DNA of 56,714 nucleotides, taken from assembly GCA_052034405.1 (NCBI GenBank), contig JBPOIO010000016.1, positions 1 through 56,714 of the forward strand. The letters run 5' to 3'. This document shows positions 37,295 to 47,506 of the stretch, piece after piece. Within the stretch, counting starts at the first letter, position 1, and the number at the start of each line of letters is the position of its first letter. Below the pieces are notes generated by a model. That model was given only the letters and a program-made list of their open reading frames with translations. It did no database searches and was not told the DNA's origin. The stretch comes from Candidatus Magasanikiibacteriota bacterium. Its GTDB lineage: Bacteria > Patescibacteriota > Patescibacteriia > Magasanikbacterales > UBA922. The position numbers were made by a program, and so were the translations under genes.

Positions 37295-38815
37295 ATGTCA
37301 AAATATATACCGGTGATTGGAATGGAAGTGCATGTTGAACTGAATACTAAAAGTAAAATGTTTTGTTCTTGTTCACTTGCAGTTGATGAACGCGAAGCAA
37401 ATACAAATATTTGTGAAATTTGTCTTGCTCATCCTGGGACATTGCCTGTTCCAAATTCTGCTGCCATTGTATCGACTGTTTTGATTGGTCGAGCCCTTGG
37501 CTGTAGCATTCGAGAACTTTCCAAATTTGATCGAAAACATTATTTTTATCCTGATCTTCCAAAGGGATATCAGATTTCACAGTACGATGAACCTATTGCT
37601 GAGCATGGGTTTTTGGATTTACATTTCGTATTGGAGGAAAACATCCGTCAAGAAGCTCGTATTGGTATTACAAGAGCTCATCTTGAGGAAGATACTGCCA
37701 AACTTTATCATGATGCCGAGGGGACAACTCTGGCAGATTTTAATCGATCGGGAACACCACTTGTAGAGATTGTGACAGATCCTGATTTGCACAGTGCGCT
37801 TGAGGCTCGTGTGTATTGTCAGGAGTTGCAGCTTATCTTACGCACTCTTGGGGTGTCTGATGCTGATATGGAACATGGACATATGCGCTGTGAAGCAAAT
37901 ATTTCTGTGCAGGAAGAAGGAAAATTTGAGATTGTAGATGGCTTGGTTCGTCCACTCAATGGTGCAAAACTCAACAATAAAGTAGAACTCAAAAATTTGA
38001 ACTCTTTCCGTGCTGTAGAGCGTGGTATTGCGTATGAAATCGTACGTCAGTCAGCACTTCTTGATGAGGGTGAGTCTTGGCCACAGGAGACGCGTGGTTG
38101 GAACGAAGAGAGTGAAGAAACCTATTCGCAGCGTATAAAAGAAAGTGCCAAGGATTATCGTTATTTTCCTGAACCAGATATTCCACCTTTTTCACCACTG
38201 CTTATTGCGGGTGATATACATATTCCAGAATTACCAATCCAAAAACGTAAGCGTTTTTATGATGAATATGGTTTTTCTTATGCAGATGCAAAATTTTTGA
38301 CAGATGATAATTCTTGGGCAAATTTTGCAGAAGAGGTTATGAGTGAGCTTTCTGAATGGCTCGAAGATTTATCTTCTGAAAATAAAAATAAAATGGCACG
38401 TTTGGCTTCTTCTTGGATGATCAACAAACTGAAGGCAATTTTGAATGAACGAAATTTGGATATTGAAGATTTACGAGTAAGTCCTGAAAATTTTGCTGAG
38501 TTTATTGCTCTTGTCTCTGCTGGTCGGATAAATTCTACGAATGCACAGAAACTTCTTCTCGATATGATTGATTCTGGAGTTGATATTGATCCAACGCATA
38601 TTATGGAGGAGAAAGGCTATGGTCAAGTGTCTGATGAAGCAATGCTTGTTTCTGTTGTAGAGGATGTTATAAAAAATAATCCTGTGCAGGTAGAACAATT
38701 TAAGAGTGGAAAAGATCCTGTCATAAAATTTTTGATCGGTATGTGTATGAAAGCAACCGAGGGGAGTGCGGATCCAGCGATAATTGAAAAGCTTTTGCGG
38801 GAAAAACTTGTATAA
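37295..38815 (+). CDS. gatB: Asp/Glu-tRNA(Asn/Gln) amidotransferase subunit B
   Basis: 506 aa. VIGMEVHVELNTKSKMFC, FDRKHYFYPDLPKGYQISQ, C-terminal YqeY-like tail. Confidence 0.95.
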   Translation: MSKYIPVIGMEVHVELNTKSKMFCSCSLAVDEREANTNICEICLAHPGTLPVPNSAAIVSTVLIGRALGCSIRELSKFDRKHYFYPDLPKGYQISQYDEPIAEHGFLDLHFVLEENIRQEARIGITRAHLEEDTAKLYHDAEGTTLADFNRSGTPLVEIVTDPDLHSALEARVYCQELQLILRTLGVSDADMEHGHMRCEANISVQEEGKFEIVDGLVRPLNGAKLNNKVELKNLNSFRAVERGIAYEIVRQSALLDEGESWPQETRGWNEESEETYSQRIKESAKDYRYFPEPDIPPFSPLLIAGDIHIPELPIQKRKRFYDEYGFSYADAKFLTDDNSWANFAEEVMSELSEWLEDLSSENKNKMARLASSWMINKLKAILNERNLDIEDLRVSPENFAEFIALVSAGRINSTNAQKLLLDMIDSGVDIDPTHIMEEKGYGQVSDEAMLVSVVEDVIKNNPVQVEQFKSGKDPVIKFLIGMCMKATEGSADPAIIEKLLREKLV

Positions 38816-38816
38816 A

Positions 38817-38850
38817 ATAAAAAATACTCTCTTATCGAGAGTATTTTTGT
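38817..38850. terminator. bidirectional terminator
   Basis: 8-bp stem ATACTCTC/GAGAGTAT, 5-nt loop, A-run before and T5 after. Confidence 0.75.
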
Positions 38851-38851
38851 T

Positions 38852-39274
38852 TTAAGATTGTCCTGCTGCTTTTTTTCGGAGAAGTTCGGCCTCTTTTGCT
38901 TTTCTGGCTCGGATAAGTCTTTGTACATGATTATATCGCTTATCATCAGATCCTGAATATTCAGCATTTTGATCGTAGGCAACAGTATCACTAACAGATG
39001 TTTTGATATTTGTTTGGTAGCGGGCACTTGATGTATGGGCAATATTTCCCATAGAACCCACGCGGTTGATAGAAGTTGTCTTTTCACCTCGTGCTTCGGC
39101 TTTTGCGCTGAGTACTTGGTTCATGGACACACGAGCATTTTGTCGGTCTACTTTTTGGTTGAGCATGGAAGTATGGGTACTTTGTGCTCGTCCGATGTTT
39201 TGTGGAACTCCAATTTTGCCAATGTTTCGAGGGATTCCCAATCCCGATGGTCGTGATGGAATAGAAAGTGGCAT
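38852..39274 (-). CDS. hypothetical low-complexity basic protein
   Basis: 140-aa ORF, Ser/Arg/Lys/Asn-rich, directly downstream of miaA. No motif recognised. Confidence 0.4.
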   Translation of the reverse strand: MPLSIPSRPSGLGIPRNIGKIGVPQNIGRAQSTHTSMLNQKVDRQNARVSMNQVLSAKAEARGEKTTSINRVGSMGNIAHTSSARYQTNIKTSVSDTVAYDQNAEYSGSDDKRYNHVQRLIRARKAKEAELLRKKAAGQS

Positions 39275-39276
39275 AT

Positions 39277-40224
39277 TTATTTTTTTAAAAATTCTTCAAC
39301 GAGTGCTTCGGCTTCTTCGTATGTTTTACACCAGTGAATAGTTTTGTCTCTTTTGAACCATGTGAGCTGTCTTCGTGCAAAATGTCGGGTATCGCGTTTG
39401 AGGTCCTCGGTGGTTTGTTCGAGTGTTTTCTTTCCTTCGAGATATTCTTTGAATTGTCTGTACCCGACACCACTCATGCTGGGAAGTTCCCAGGAATATT
39501 TTTGTTTTATGAGTGCTTCAACTTCTTTTATGAGGCCTTTTTCAATCATGCTATCAACTCTTGTGTCGATTCTTTCGTAGAGGAGTTCTCGTGAAATTTC
39601 TGGCGCAATTTGTAAAAACTGAAACATGGGTTCGCCTTTTTTTTGTTGTTCAGAAAATGGTTTTCCACTTAAAATACAAACTTCGAGGGCTCGGATGAGA
39701 CGTCGTTTATTATAGGGATCAATCTTTTCTGCACTGACGGGATCAAAATTTTTGAGAAGTTGAAGAAGTTCTGCTGGAGTTTTTTCTTCTAGTCCTATGC
39801 GGAGTTTTTTGTTTGGAAGTACTCTTGGAATATGAAGGTTGTCAACAAGAGCACTAATATAGAGTCCTGTACCTCCAACAATAATAGGATTGTGTTCATT
39901 TTTTACTGTGAGTTTGATGTATTTGATAGCTCTATCACGAAATTCCGCCGCAGTAAATTGTTTTCCTGGATCAAGAAAATCAATAAGGTGGTGTGGAATA
40001 TCTTCACAGTAGTAGGTACGTCGTAAACCATTCCATCCTGCATGCCAACGCCATTCACCGAGTGCCTTGGCAGTACCTATATCCATTTTTTTGTAAACTT
40101 GGCGTGAGTCTGCCGATATAATTTCTCCGGTATATTTTTGGGCGAGCCGAAGAGACCAGTCTGTTTTACCCGAAGCTGTTGGACCAACCAGTGCTATAAC
40201 TTTTGGAAGAGAGGCGTCATTCAC
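39277..40224 (-). CDS. miaA: tRNA dimethylallyltransferase
   Basis: 315 aa. P-loop GPTASGKT, SADSRQVYK, HHLID. Confidence 0.9.
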   Translation of the reverse strand: MNDASLPKVIALVGPTASGKTDWSLRLAQKYTGEIISADSRQVYKKMDIGTAKALGEWRWHAGWNGLRRTYYCEDIPHHLIDFLDPGKQFTAAEFRDRAIKYIKLTVKNEHNPIIVGGTGLYISALVDNLHIPRVLPNKKLRIGLEEKTPAELLQLLKNFDPVSAEKIDPYNKRRLIRALEVCILSGKPFSEQQKKGEPMFQFLQIAPEISRELLYERIDTRVDSMIEKGLIKEVEALIKQKYSWELPSMSGVGYRQFKEYLEGKKTLEQTTEDLKRDTRHFARRQLTWFKRDKTIHWCKTYEEAEALVEEFLKK

Positions 40225-40284
40225 AAGAAGGGATCAAAATATAGCGCTAGTATAGCATTTTAGAGAGATGCTGGTCAATCTTAT

Positions 40285-41550
40285 TTACCAGCGTCGTTTT
40301 GCTGGTCGATCAGAATGTCGTTGGCCTGTTGGACGATTTTTTTGAAAACCACGTTGACGATAATTTCCGCCATTTTGTGATGGTGGGAGTGTTCGCATTG
40401 TTTCTGCTGCGGGTCCTGGAGGTAAATCGTGAGGTACTTTTGAAACGGGAAGTGTTTTTTTGATGAGTCGTTCGATACTTTGAATATCTCCTTTTTGATC
40501 GGGTGTTGCAAATGAAATTGCTTTTCCAGAACTTCCATTGCGTCCTGTTCGTCCAATACGATGAACATAATCTTCACTATTGTCTGGAAGATCAAAGTTG
40601 ATAACAAGTTCAATATTTTTTACGTCAATTCCACGAGCTGCAATATCTGTAGCCACAAGAACACGAAATTTTCCTGTTTTGAAGCCATCGAGTGCTTTGA
40701 TACGTTGCGCAAGAGATTTGTTGGAGTGCAGTTCTGCTGCTGTATGACCAAATTTTTGGATTTGTTGCATGATGCGTTTTGCTCCATGTTTGGTACGAGA
40801 AAAAATGAGGACAGTTCCTTTGTAATCTGTAAGAATTTTTTGAAGAAGACGAATCTTGTCGTTTTTGTAGAGGATAAAAATTTCTTGTTCAACATTCGCT
40901 GCAGAAGTTCCTTGTGGGGCTACTTCGATGCGCACTGGCATTGCCATATGAGTTGAGGCAATTTTGGCAATTTCTGGTGGCATGGTTGCAGAAAAAAGAA
41001 GTGTCTGACGTTCTTTTGGAATGAGCTTCATGATAATAGCGATCTGTGGTGCAAAACCCATATCAAACATACGGTCAGCTTCGTCGAGTACGAGGACCTT
41101 TATATTGTTCAGTTTGAGAGTACCTTGTTTGAGGTGGTCGTTTAGTCGGCCTGGAGTTGCCACAATAATATGTGGATGAGCATTGAGGAGTTTGGTCTGT
41201 CGGCCCATGGATTCACCACCAATAACTACGACGGTGCGAAGTCCAAGTGGAGTACCGATTTTATTGAGTGTATCATTGACTTGCAGTGCAAGTTCACGTG
41301 TTGGGAGTAAAATCAAACCTTGGCCTTTATTGGCAGCCAGGCGTTGAATCATAGGAATACCAAAAGCCAGGGTTTTCCCTGTTCCTGTTTGGGCAATACC
41401 GATGAGGTCCTTTCCTTCGATAGCTGTTGGAATCGATTGCTGTTGAATCGGTGTTGGGGTAGTAAAATTGGCTGCAGTGAGTACTGCAAGGAAGTTTGGA
41501 CTAATACCAAGTCCTTGGAAGCTTTGGGCTCCTTGTGTAGGTTGTGTCAT
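40285..41550 (-). CDS. DEAD-box ATP-dependent RNA helicase with a basic C-terminal tail
   Basis: Q motif, AQTGTGKT, DEAD, SAT, HRIGRTGR. The ATG at 41550 (MTQPTQ) is preferred, because the longer ORF-track start lies inside a 5' UTR hairpin. Confidence 0.9.
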   Translation of the reverse strand: MTQPTQGAQSFQGLGISPNFLAVLTAANFTTPTPIQQQSIPTAIEGKDLIGIAQTGTGKTLAFGIPMIQRLAANKGQGLILLPTRELALQVNDTLNKIGTPLGLRTVVVIGGESMGRQTKLLNAHPHIIVATPGRLNDHLKQGTLKLNNIKVLVLDEADRMFDMGFAPQIAIIMKLIPKERQTLLFSATMPPEIAKIASTHMAMPVRIEVAPQGTSAANVEQEIFILYKNDKIRLLQKILTDYKGTVLIFSRTKHGAKRIMQQIQKFGHTAAELHSNKSLAQRIKALDGFKTGKFRVLVATDIAARGIDVKNIELVINFDLPDNSEDYVHRIGRTGRNGSSGKAISFATPDQKGDIQSIERLIKKTLPVSKVPHDLPPGPAAETMRTLPPSQNGGNYRQRGFQKNRPTGQRHSDRPAKRRW

Positions 41551-41651
41551 ATATAAAAAATGTGACCCGATATCTATCAAGGGTCACATGTCTGACACAG
41601 AGAAGTTCGAGTCTATCTACGAAAAAACGTAGATAAAAATTAATTTATCTT

Positions 41652-41680
41652 AGTATAGCAGAAAAACATGCTTTTGTCAA
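41652..41680 (-). promoter_or_regulatory. sigma70-type promoter for the DEAD-box helicase gene
   Basis: Minus strand: TTGACA (41680-41675), 17-nt spacer, TATACT (41657-41652). Confidence 0.6.
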
Positions 41681-41707
41681 GCATGTTTATTCTTTGAGAG
41701 GGGTATT

Positions 41708-42664
41708 TTATTGGATAAATTTGAAGGATTCTAGTCTTTCTGTAAAGATTTTTTTTGCATCTGGGAAGGAGTCTTTGTTGTAGGCCATGCGAAAAACATA
41801 GCTATTTCCCTTGTATTCAATGCGTGCATCAAGGATTTCACCTTGTTTTGTTGTGTCTTCAATAATTGTATATACTTTTGTTTTTATTCCTGCAATCGTA
41901 ATATCGCTCGTTTCGAGTATTTTCCCTTTTAATTTTTCTTTGTAACTGAGGAGTCCTTTTTCGGCAAGGATATCAAGTTTTGCTCCGGATTCAAAATATG
42001 TTCCGGGGCTTGAGGTGCTTGTGCTTGCTGTATCAGTATGCATTTTAAAATCTTTTGTCCAAGCAAGAAGTTCGCTTAGGCGTGTCCCTTTTGCATCATT
42101 GAAATCTGTTTGCCAATTTTGTGGAAGTTTTATGGAAAAATATTTTCCAGCCACAGTAATATTTCGAATTACATTGAGATTTGGGTTTGTACTTTCAAGT
42201 TTGAAATATCCGAGTGCAAATGGACTTCCTGGAATGATTCGATAACTCATTTTTCCAAGGTATTGGCCAGGAGCAACTTCTACGATTTCGTCGAGGAGAG
42301 GGGACAGCCACCAAGAATTTTTGCCATTGTCATAATCAATTTTGAATGTTTCAAGGCTTGGGTCTTGGCTTCCTTTTTCAGAGTAAGTTTTGAAGGAATA
42401 TTTTTCTGTGTTTGTTGAGGCGCTTCCAAAAACGTTGCTTCCCGTACCACTATTTGCTTGAAAAGTTTTTCCCTGCCAATCTGATGTATAAAAATCTGCA
42501 GAGCCTTTGTGAAAGCCATCTGGGAAAGGTGATGGTGCATGACCAGCAAGGAATTGCTCTTGATATTTGCTATGTTGTACACGGTATGTTTGTATGAAAC
42601 CGACTGCGATCAAGAGGACTGCAAGACCGACGATCGTGCCGAGGATTTTGAGGAGTGTTTTCAT
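41708..42664 (-). CDS. membrane-anchored hypothetical protein
   Basis: 318 aa, N-terminal TM (ILGTIVGLAVLLIAVGFI), then a soluble domain. No motif recognised. Confidence 0.5.
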   Translation of the reverse strand: MKTLLKILGTIVGLAVLLIAVGFIQTYRVQHSKYQEQFLAGHAPSPFPDGFHKGSADFYTSDWQGKTFQANSGTGSNVFGSASTNTEKYSFKTYSEKGSQDPSLETFKIDYDNGKNSWWLSPLLDEIVEVAPGQYLGKMSYRIIPGSPFALGYFKLESTNPNLNVIRNITVAGKYFSIKLPQNWQTDFNDAKGTRLSELLAWTKDFKMHTDTASTSTSSPGTYFESGAKLDILAEKGLLSYKEKLKGKILETSDITIAGIKTKVYTIIEDTTKQGEILDARIEYKGNSYVFRMAYNKDSFPDAKKIFTERLESFKFIQ

Positions 42665-42789
42665 ATGTTTGAAATTATGGTGAAAATTATTTTTTCGAGG
42701 TCTCGCTACTCATTTTTTACTTGTCCGTACCTGCGGGTAATACAAGTAAAAAATGATACGCTGTGACGCTCTCCAAAAATAATTTTCCA

Positions 42790-43182
42790 TTATTCTTTTT
42801 TTAAAAGTAAACATGCTGAATTGATGCAGTATCTGTTGCCAGTTTTTGTGGGACCATCTGGAAACACATGTCCGAGGTGCGAACCACATTTTCGGCAGAG
42901 GACTTCTGTACGTTGCATTCCAAATTCATTGTCTTCACGTAGTTCTATATTTTCAAGATTTTTTGCTTCATCAAAACTCGGCCAGCCTGTGCCAGAATCA
43001 AATTTGGAATCGCTTGAGAAAAGCTCGTTGCCGCAGGCTTTACAAGTAAATGTTCCTTTGTCGTGGTTATCGATATATTCACCAGTAAAAGGGTGTTCTG
43101 TTCCTTTGCCTCGGAGAATTTCGTATTCTTCTGGAGTGAGCTCGGCTTTCCATTCTTCCTCGCTTTTCTGGATTTTATTCAT
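42790..43182 (-). CDS. msrB: peptide-methionine (R)-S-oxide reductase
   Basis: 130 aa. Zinc CxxC pairs ([18 protein letters not shown]) and RYCINS. Confidence 0.9.
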   Translation of the reverse strand: MNKIQKSEEEWKAELTPEEYEILRGKGTEHPFTGEYIDNHDKGTFTCKACGNELFSSDSKFDSGTGWPSFDEAKNLENIELREDNEFGMQRTEVLCRKCGSHLGHVFPDGPTKTGNRYCINSACLLLKKE

Positions 43183-43188
43183 AATGCT

Positions 43189-43617
43189 TTAGATAATCTC
43201 GACAAGTTCAATATCGAAGATAAGGTCTTTGCCTGCAAGTTCATGGTTGGCGTCAAGGGTGACACTGTGATCATTGAGATCAGCCACTGTGAGGACTGAG
43301 ATTCGGCCAAATTCGTCTGGGACTTGGTATTTGTCACCAATGTTTGGTGAAAGATGTGCTGGAAATTGGTCGCGAGGAATTACCATGAGCATTTCTTCAC
43401 GGCGTGGTCCGTATCCTCGTTCTGGTGGAATCGTGACGGTTCGGCTTTCACCAATTTCTAAGTCTGTTGCCCCTTCGTCAAATCCAGCAATAACCATACC
43501 TCCACCGATTACGAATTCAAGTGGGTCTCGCTCACGAGAAGAGTCAAATATTGTTCCATCTGTGAGTTTTCCTGTGTAGTGTACACGAACTTTGTCTCCT
43601 ACTTTGGCTTTTGGCAT
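43189..43617 (-). CDS. FKBP-type peptidyl-prolyl cis-trans isomerase (SlyD-like, with IF insertion)
   Basis: 142 aa. VRVHYTGKLTDGTIFDSS, and GGGMVIAGFDEGA followed by a flap insertion. Confidence 0.85.
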   Translation of the reverse strand: MPKAKVGDKVRVHYTGKLTDGTIFDSSRERDPLEFVIGGGMVIAGFDEGATDLEIGESRTVTIPPERGYGPRREEMLMVIPRDQFPAHLSPNIGDKYQVPDEFGRISVLTVADLNDHSVTLDANHELAGKDLIFDIELVEII

Positions 43618-43623
43618 AAAATT

Positions 43624-44925
43624 CTATGAGTTACAAGTTTGTCTGAATGCATCGAGGTTTCGATGTTTTAAAATAGCGCTGTACCTGAGGTCTTCGGCAT
43701 CTGAGCAGGCTTGGTCAAAACTTACTCCCGTATCTGTATATTCTGCTTGAAAAACTGCTTTGTTATTGAGACTAAATACAGAGACATTTTCACACCATTC
43801 ACCATCTGCACAGTCTTCGGTGAGTGCCCAGTCAAAGAAGGGAAAGAGTTCTTTTGCCTGGTCTGGATCATTTTTGAGTCCAATAGAAAGTCCACGTTTG
43901 TGTGCCTCCTCGGCGAGCCATTTGTTGAAGCTTAGCTGATTATTTGGGCTAATGTCAAATCCGGTTTCGTTTTGGTAGCCATCCATATTATCTGGCTCGA
44001 GCCCATCAAATCCTTTTTCTGCGCAATCATCAAAGCGTTTTTGAAGCAGAGGATAGAGTGTCTCGGTAGCGCGAATATCAAGCCATTTTTCGCCTTCCCA
44101 GCCGTCATAGTTGTTTCCAAGTAGTGTTGCTGGAAAATCCTGTGCATCACTGCGCCAGTCTTCCCAAGCACCGACATTGACATAGCAGATTACTTTTTTG
44201 CCAGCATCGTGAAGTTTTTGGACATCTGCCGCTGTTGCTTCGAAAAGATCAATATCATATACTGCCGCATCGACAAAATTATCTTGTGGTACAGAATCAA
44301 GCTGCCATTGCCATGTTGTACCAGGAAGAGGTTTCCAGAGGCTTGTATGGGCTTGTGGAGGCATTGGCGTGGTATTTGTTGGGGTATTGACGGTACTGGT
44401 AGTGATAGATATTGGGAGAATCTCAGGAAGCGTATTTCCTTCAAAGGGGCTGCCAATAGGGAAGAGGGAGAGAATAAAATCTGGCATGTCATGAATTTGT
44501 TTGGCCCAAGTGTCTCCATAGAGCGCACGAGCTGTGGCTTCGTCTTTTATTTTGTGTCTGGTCCCATTGTCGTCAAATGCATAGACAGATGGGGATGCTG
44601 GTGTTTTTACAAGACCGCAGCCTGATTTTGGTGGCACCACTCCGAGGACGGCACTGGGTGCGAGGTTGTCAAGGTTCGTGTTTTTTGGGAGGGAAATAAC
44701 ATGGCTATAGTCAGCTTGGTAGCATTTGAAAATCCAAGAAGAAAGAAAATATTGGCGTTGGTGATTTGCATTTATAAAATAGATTGCAGGGCTTTCCTGC
44801 ACTTGCACATAGTCACCAGGGAAGACAGAACTATTATCAATCATGATTGCTTTGGAGCTATTTGGATTTGAAAGTAAAAGGCTTAAAAAAAGAAGACCTA
44901 TAACTTTTGGGAGTCTTTGTTTCAT
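43624..44925 (-). CDS. secreted GH114-like glycoside hydrolase (endo-alpha-1,4-polygalactosaminidase family) with an N-terminal extra domain
   Basis: Signal peptide. C-terminal TIM-barrel-like motifs WQWQL, VYDIDLFE, VICYVNVGAWEDWRSD, GWEGEKWLDIR, GFDGLEPDNMDGY, GLKN. Confidence 0.6.
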   Translation of the reverse strand: MKQRLPKVIGLLFLSLLLSNPNSSKAIMIDNSSVFPGDYVQVQESPAIYFINANHQRQYFLSSWIFKCYQADYSHVISLPKNTNLDNLAPSAVLGVVPPKSGCGLVKTPASPSVYAFDDNGTRHKIKDEATARALYGDTWAKQIHDMPDFILSLFPIGSPFEGNTLPEILPISITTSTVNTPTNTTPMPPQAHTSLWKPLPGTTWQWQLDSVPQDNFVDAAVYDIDLFEATAADVQKLHDAGKKVICYVNVGAWEDWRSDAQDFPATLLGNNYDGWEGEKWLDIRATETLYPLLQKRFDDCAEKGFDGLEPDNMDGYQNETGFDISPNNQLSFNKWLAEEAHKRGLSIGLKNDPDQAKELFPFFDWALTEDCADGEWCENVSVFSLNNKAVFQAEYTDTGVSFDQACSDAEDLRYSAILKHRNLDAFRQTCNS

Positions 44926-44991
44926 AGAAAAAAATTATTTTTATATTGCTATGGTATCGTAATTATGACTTATTTGCAATAAATTTTATTT

Positions 44992-45672
44992 CTATCTTTT
45001 AAATTGTTGGTCTTTTTTTATTTCACCATCTTTGAGACTAATGATGCGGCCAGCTCTTTTGGCATATTCTTCTTCGTGTGTCACCATGACAATAGTTTGT
45101 CCTTCTTTGTGAAGTTCGAGAAATGATTCCATAACAAGGGCAGAACTTGCAGAGTCAAGGTTAGCTGTTGGTTCGTCGGCAAAAAGAATTTGTGGGTCGT
45201 GAGCAATGGCGCGGGCAATAGAAACACGTTGTTGTTGTCCACCAGAGAGTTGACTTGGAAGGTTGTATATTTTATTGTCGAGTCCTATTCGTGCGAGGGC
45301 TTTTTGTGCTTTTTCATAGGCTTCTTTTTTGCTCATACCTTGCATAATCATAGGAACTGCCACGTTTTCAATGGCTGTAAGATCGGGCAAAAGAGCATAG
45401 TCTTGAAAAACATAGCCAAGTTTATTGAGGCGCAGTGCTGTTTTTTCAGCTTCACCGAGATCTGAGGTCCGAACTCCATCAATATTAATTTCACCACTTG
45501 TTGGTTTATCAAGCAGAGATATCTGATAGAGGAGTGTGGATTTTCCGGCACCAGATGGACCGACAATCGCAACAAATTCACCACTTTGGATTTCAAGGTC
45601 AATATTTTTGAGGACGGTCAGTTCGAGTTCACCTTCACCATATTTTTTTGTAAGATTTTTTGCAGTAATCAT
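44992..45672 (-). CDS. ABC transporter ATP-binding protein (MacB/LolD/FtsE-like)
   Basis: Walker A GPSGAGKST, signature LSGGQQQR, Walker B ILFADEPT. Confidence 0.9.
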   Translation of the reverse strand: MITAKNLTKKYGEGELELTVLKNIDLEIQSGEFVAIVGPSGAGKSTLLYQISLLDKPTSGEINIDGVRTSDLGEAEKTALRLNKLGYVFQDYALLPDLTAIENVAVPMIMQGMSKKEAYEKAQKALARIGLDNKIYNLPSQLSGGQQQRVSIARAIAHDPQILFADEPTANLDSASSALVMESFLELHKEGQTIVMVTHEEEYAKRAGRIISLKDGEIKKDQQFKR

Positions 45673-45674
45673 AA

Positions 45675-46976
45675 TTAACGTCCAAGAATAGAATCGAGTG
45701 TGTTTTTGCGTACAATAAGTTTGGCAGGAAGATAACCTGCAAACATCGTAACCGCAAACAAAATGACAACACGAATAGCAGCGCCACTTGCTGTGACTAC
45801 CAATATTCCGTCAGAAAATGGAAAGTCAATTGGATTGCTATCAAAGTATGGTTTGAGAATACCAAAGGTAAGAAAAACGCCAACAGCAGAACCAATCGCT
45901 GCATAGAAAAATGCTTGGAACATGTAGGAAAAAATAATTGATTGTGGCGCAATTCCAATTCCTTTCATGATACCGATAAATTTTCTTCGTGTGACGGCAT
46001 TGATAAAAATAACGATAAATATAGTAATAGATGCGACGACGACGGCAACAGAAGAGAGGGCATTCCCTAGAATAGTAAAGGTCTGTTCCATTTGGCGTAA
46101 AAACGAGGGGATTGCTTCGTCTGTCGTTTGGATTCGGGCTTCGTAGGATCCCATAAAATCTTTGATTTCAGAAACAAGTGTGCCAGCTTTGGCATAGTCT
46201 GTTTTGATAGCAATTTCTTGGACCTGTTCTTGGTTGACAGAGAGTAAACGTTTAAATTCGGTATTTGAAATAAATAGACGTGCCGAAATTTCATCGACTT
46301 TACTTTTGACAATTCCTTTTATAATAAAATCTTTTTGTACCAGTGTTCCATCTTCTCTGCTAAAAGAGACACGAATTTTGCTTCCAACATCGACATTATC
46401 AAGTAAATCAAGTCCAGGAATATTGGCATCGGCAAAAGAAGAGAATTTTTTTATAAGATTTGAACCAATCAAAATGTAGCCTTCTTCACCTTTTTCAAGA
46501 TTTTTTCCATATTTTATAAAGCGTGAAAAATCTGTTACTTCATCTTCTTTTTCTATATCGATACCAACAAGACGTGCTCCCATTTTGTTGGGGCGTTCGT
46601 CTTTGAGAGGGAGTCTGTTCAATGTTCCCAAAACCTGGACGCCTTTTCCATAGCGTGCACTGTAGGCTTCTACTTTTTTGTTTTGCTCAATATAAGAAAT
46701 AAGGGCAGGGGAATTTTCGATAAAGTTTTTTCCAGGATTGGCAGTAATAATAACTTCTCCAGAATAATTTTCACGGAATTGTTTGAAGGAACCAGAAATA
46801 AGACCAACGAGCAGTCCCGAAACTACAACGAGGTTCAGAAAGGTGAGGACCATGATAAATAAAATGAGTCCCGTAGTCCATTTGGAGGAACGTCGAATTT
46901 GACGGGTTGCCAAGAAAAAACCAACACGACTGGATTCAAAAATATTTTTGAAAAATTGTATAATTTTTTGGAACAT
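45675..46976 (-). CDS. ABC transporter permease, FtsX/MacB-like
   Basis: 433 aa. TM1, a large extracytoplasmic domain, then three C-terminal TMs. Sits 2 nt upstream of the ATPase gene. Confidence 0.8.
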   Translation of the reverse strand: MFQKIIQFFKNIFESSRVGFFLATRQIRRSSKWTTGLILFIMVLTFLNLVVVSGLLVGLISGSFKQFRENYSGEVIITANPGKNFIENSPALISYIEQNKKVEAYSARYGKGVQVLGTLNRLPLKDERPNKMGARLVGIDIEKEDEVTDFSRFIKYGKNLEKGEEGYILIGSNLIKKFSSFADANIPGLDLLDNVDVGSKIRVSFSREDGTLVQKDFIIKGIVKSKVDEISARLFISNTEFKRLLSVNQEQVQEIAIKTDYAKAGTLVSEIKDFMGSYEARIQTTDEAIPSFLRQMEQTFTILGNALSSVAVVVASITIFIVIFINAVTRRKFIGIMKGIGIAPQSIIFSYMFQAFFYAAIGSAVGVFLTFGILKPYFDSNPIDFPFSDGILVVTASGAAIRVVILFAVTMFAGYLPAKLIVRKNTLDSILGR

Positions 46977-47000
46977 GGAGTTTTTTATTAAAAAATATAT

Positions 47001-47441
47001 TTAGGAAAGTTCTTTGGAACTTTGGGATTCTCTTGGGTATTGTTCTTGAAACATTTTTTCGTCTCCAAATTCAGTAAATTCATTTTTTATATGATCTTCA
47101 CGTTTTTTGAATCCAGGTTTTTTTTCATGCATGATTCCACACCAATATTTTTCGGTTTGTCCTGCAATTTCTTTTACATAAAGGAGAAGTCCATTGGCAT
47201 ATCCACAGTACATACATCCAAGTTTTTCGAGTGGATCAAGGTATTGAAGTTTTGCTCTATCAAATACTTGTATATAGTCGGATCGTTTGACTTTTTCGAG
47301 TTGGTAGAGTGGAAAGCAAATTTGCTGGTATATCTCGACAATAATATCAAGCATGAGAAAAAATGGCAGCGGTGCCCAAATAAAAGGGGTTGAAATAAGG
47401 TGTGGAATAAATCGAGAGAGGTAGTTTCGGCGGTAGTCCAT
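47001..47441 (-). CDS. hypothetical membrane protein
   Basis: 146 aa, one or two N-terminal hydrophobic segments, CMYCGYANG motif. Not recognised. Confidence 0.45.
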   Translation of the reverse strand: MDYRRNYLSRFIPHLISTPFIWAPLPFFLMLDIIVEIYQQICFPLYQLEKVKRSDYIQVFDRAKLQYLDPLEKLGCMYCGYANGLLLYVKEIAGQTEKYWCGIMHEKKPGFKKREDHIKNEFTEFGDEKMFQEQYPRESQSSKELS

Positions 47442-47506
47442 AGTATCTTTTAATAGTCTAAGAGAATGAGAGTATAATATACAAAAATGACAGAGACTTC
47501 CAGTCT

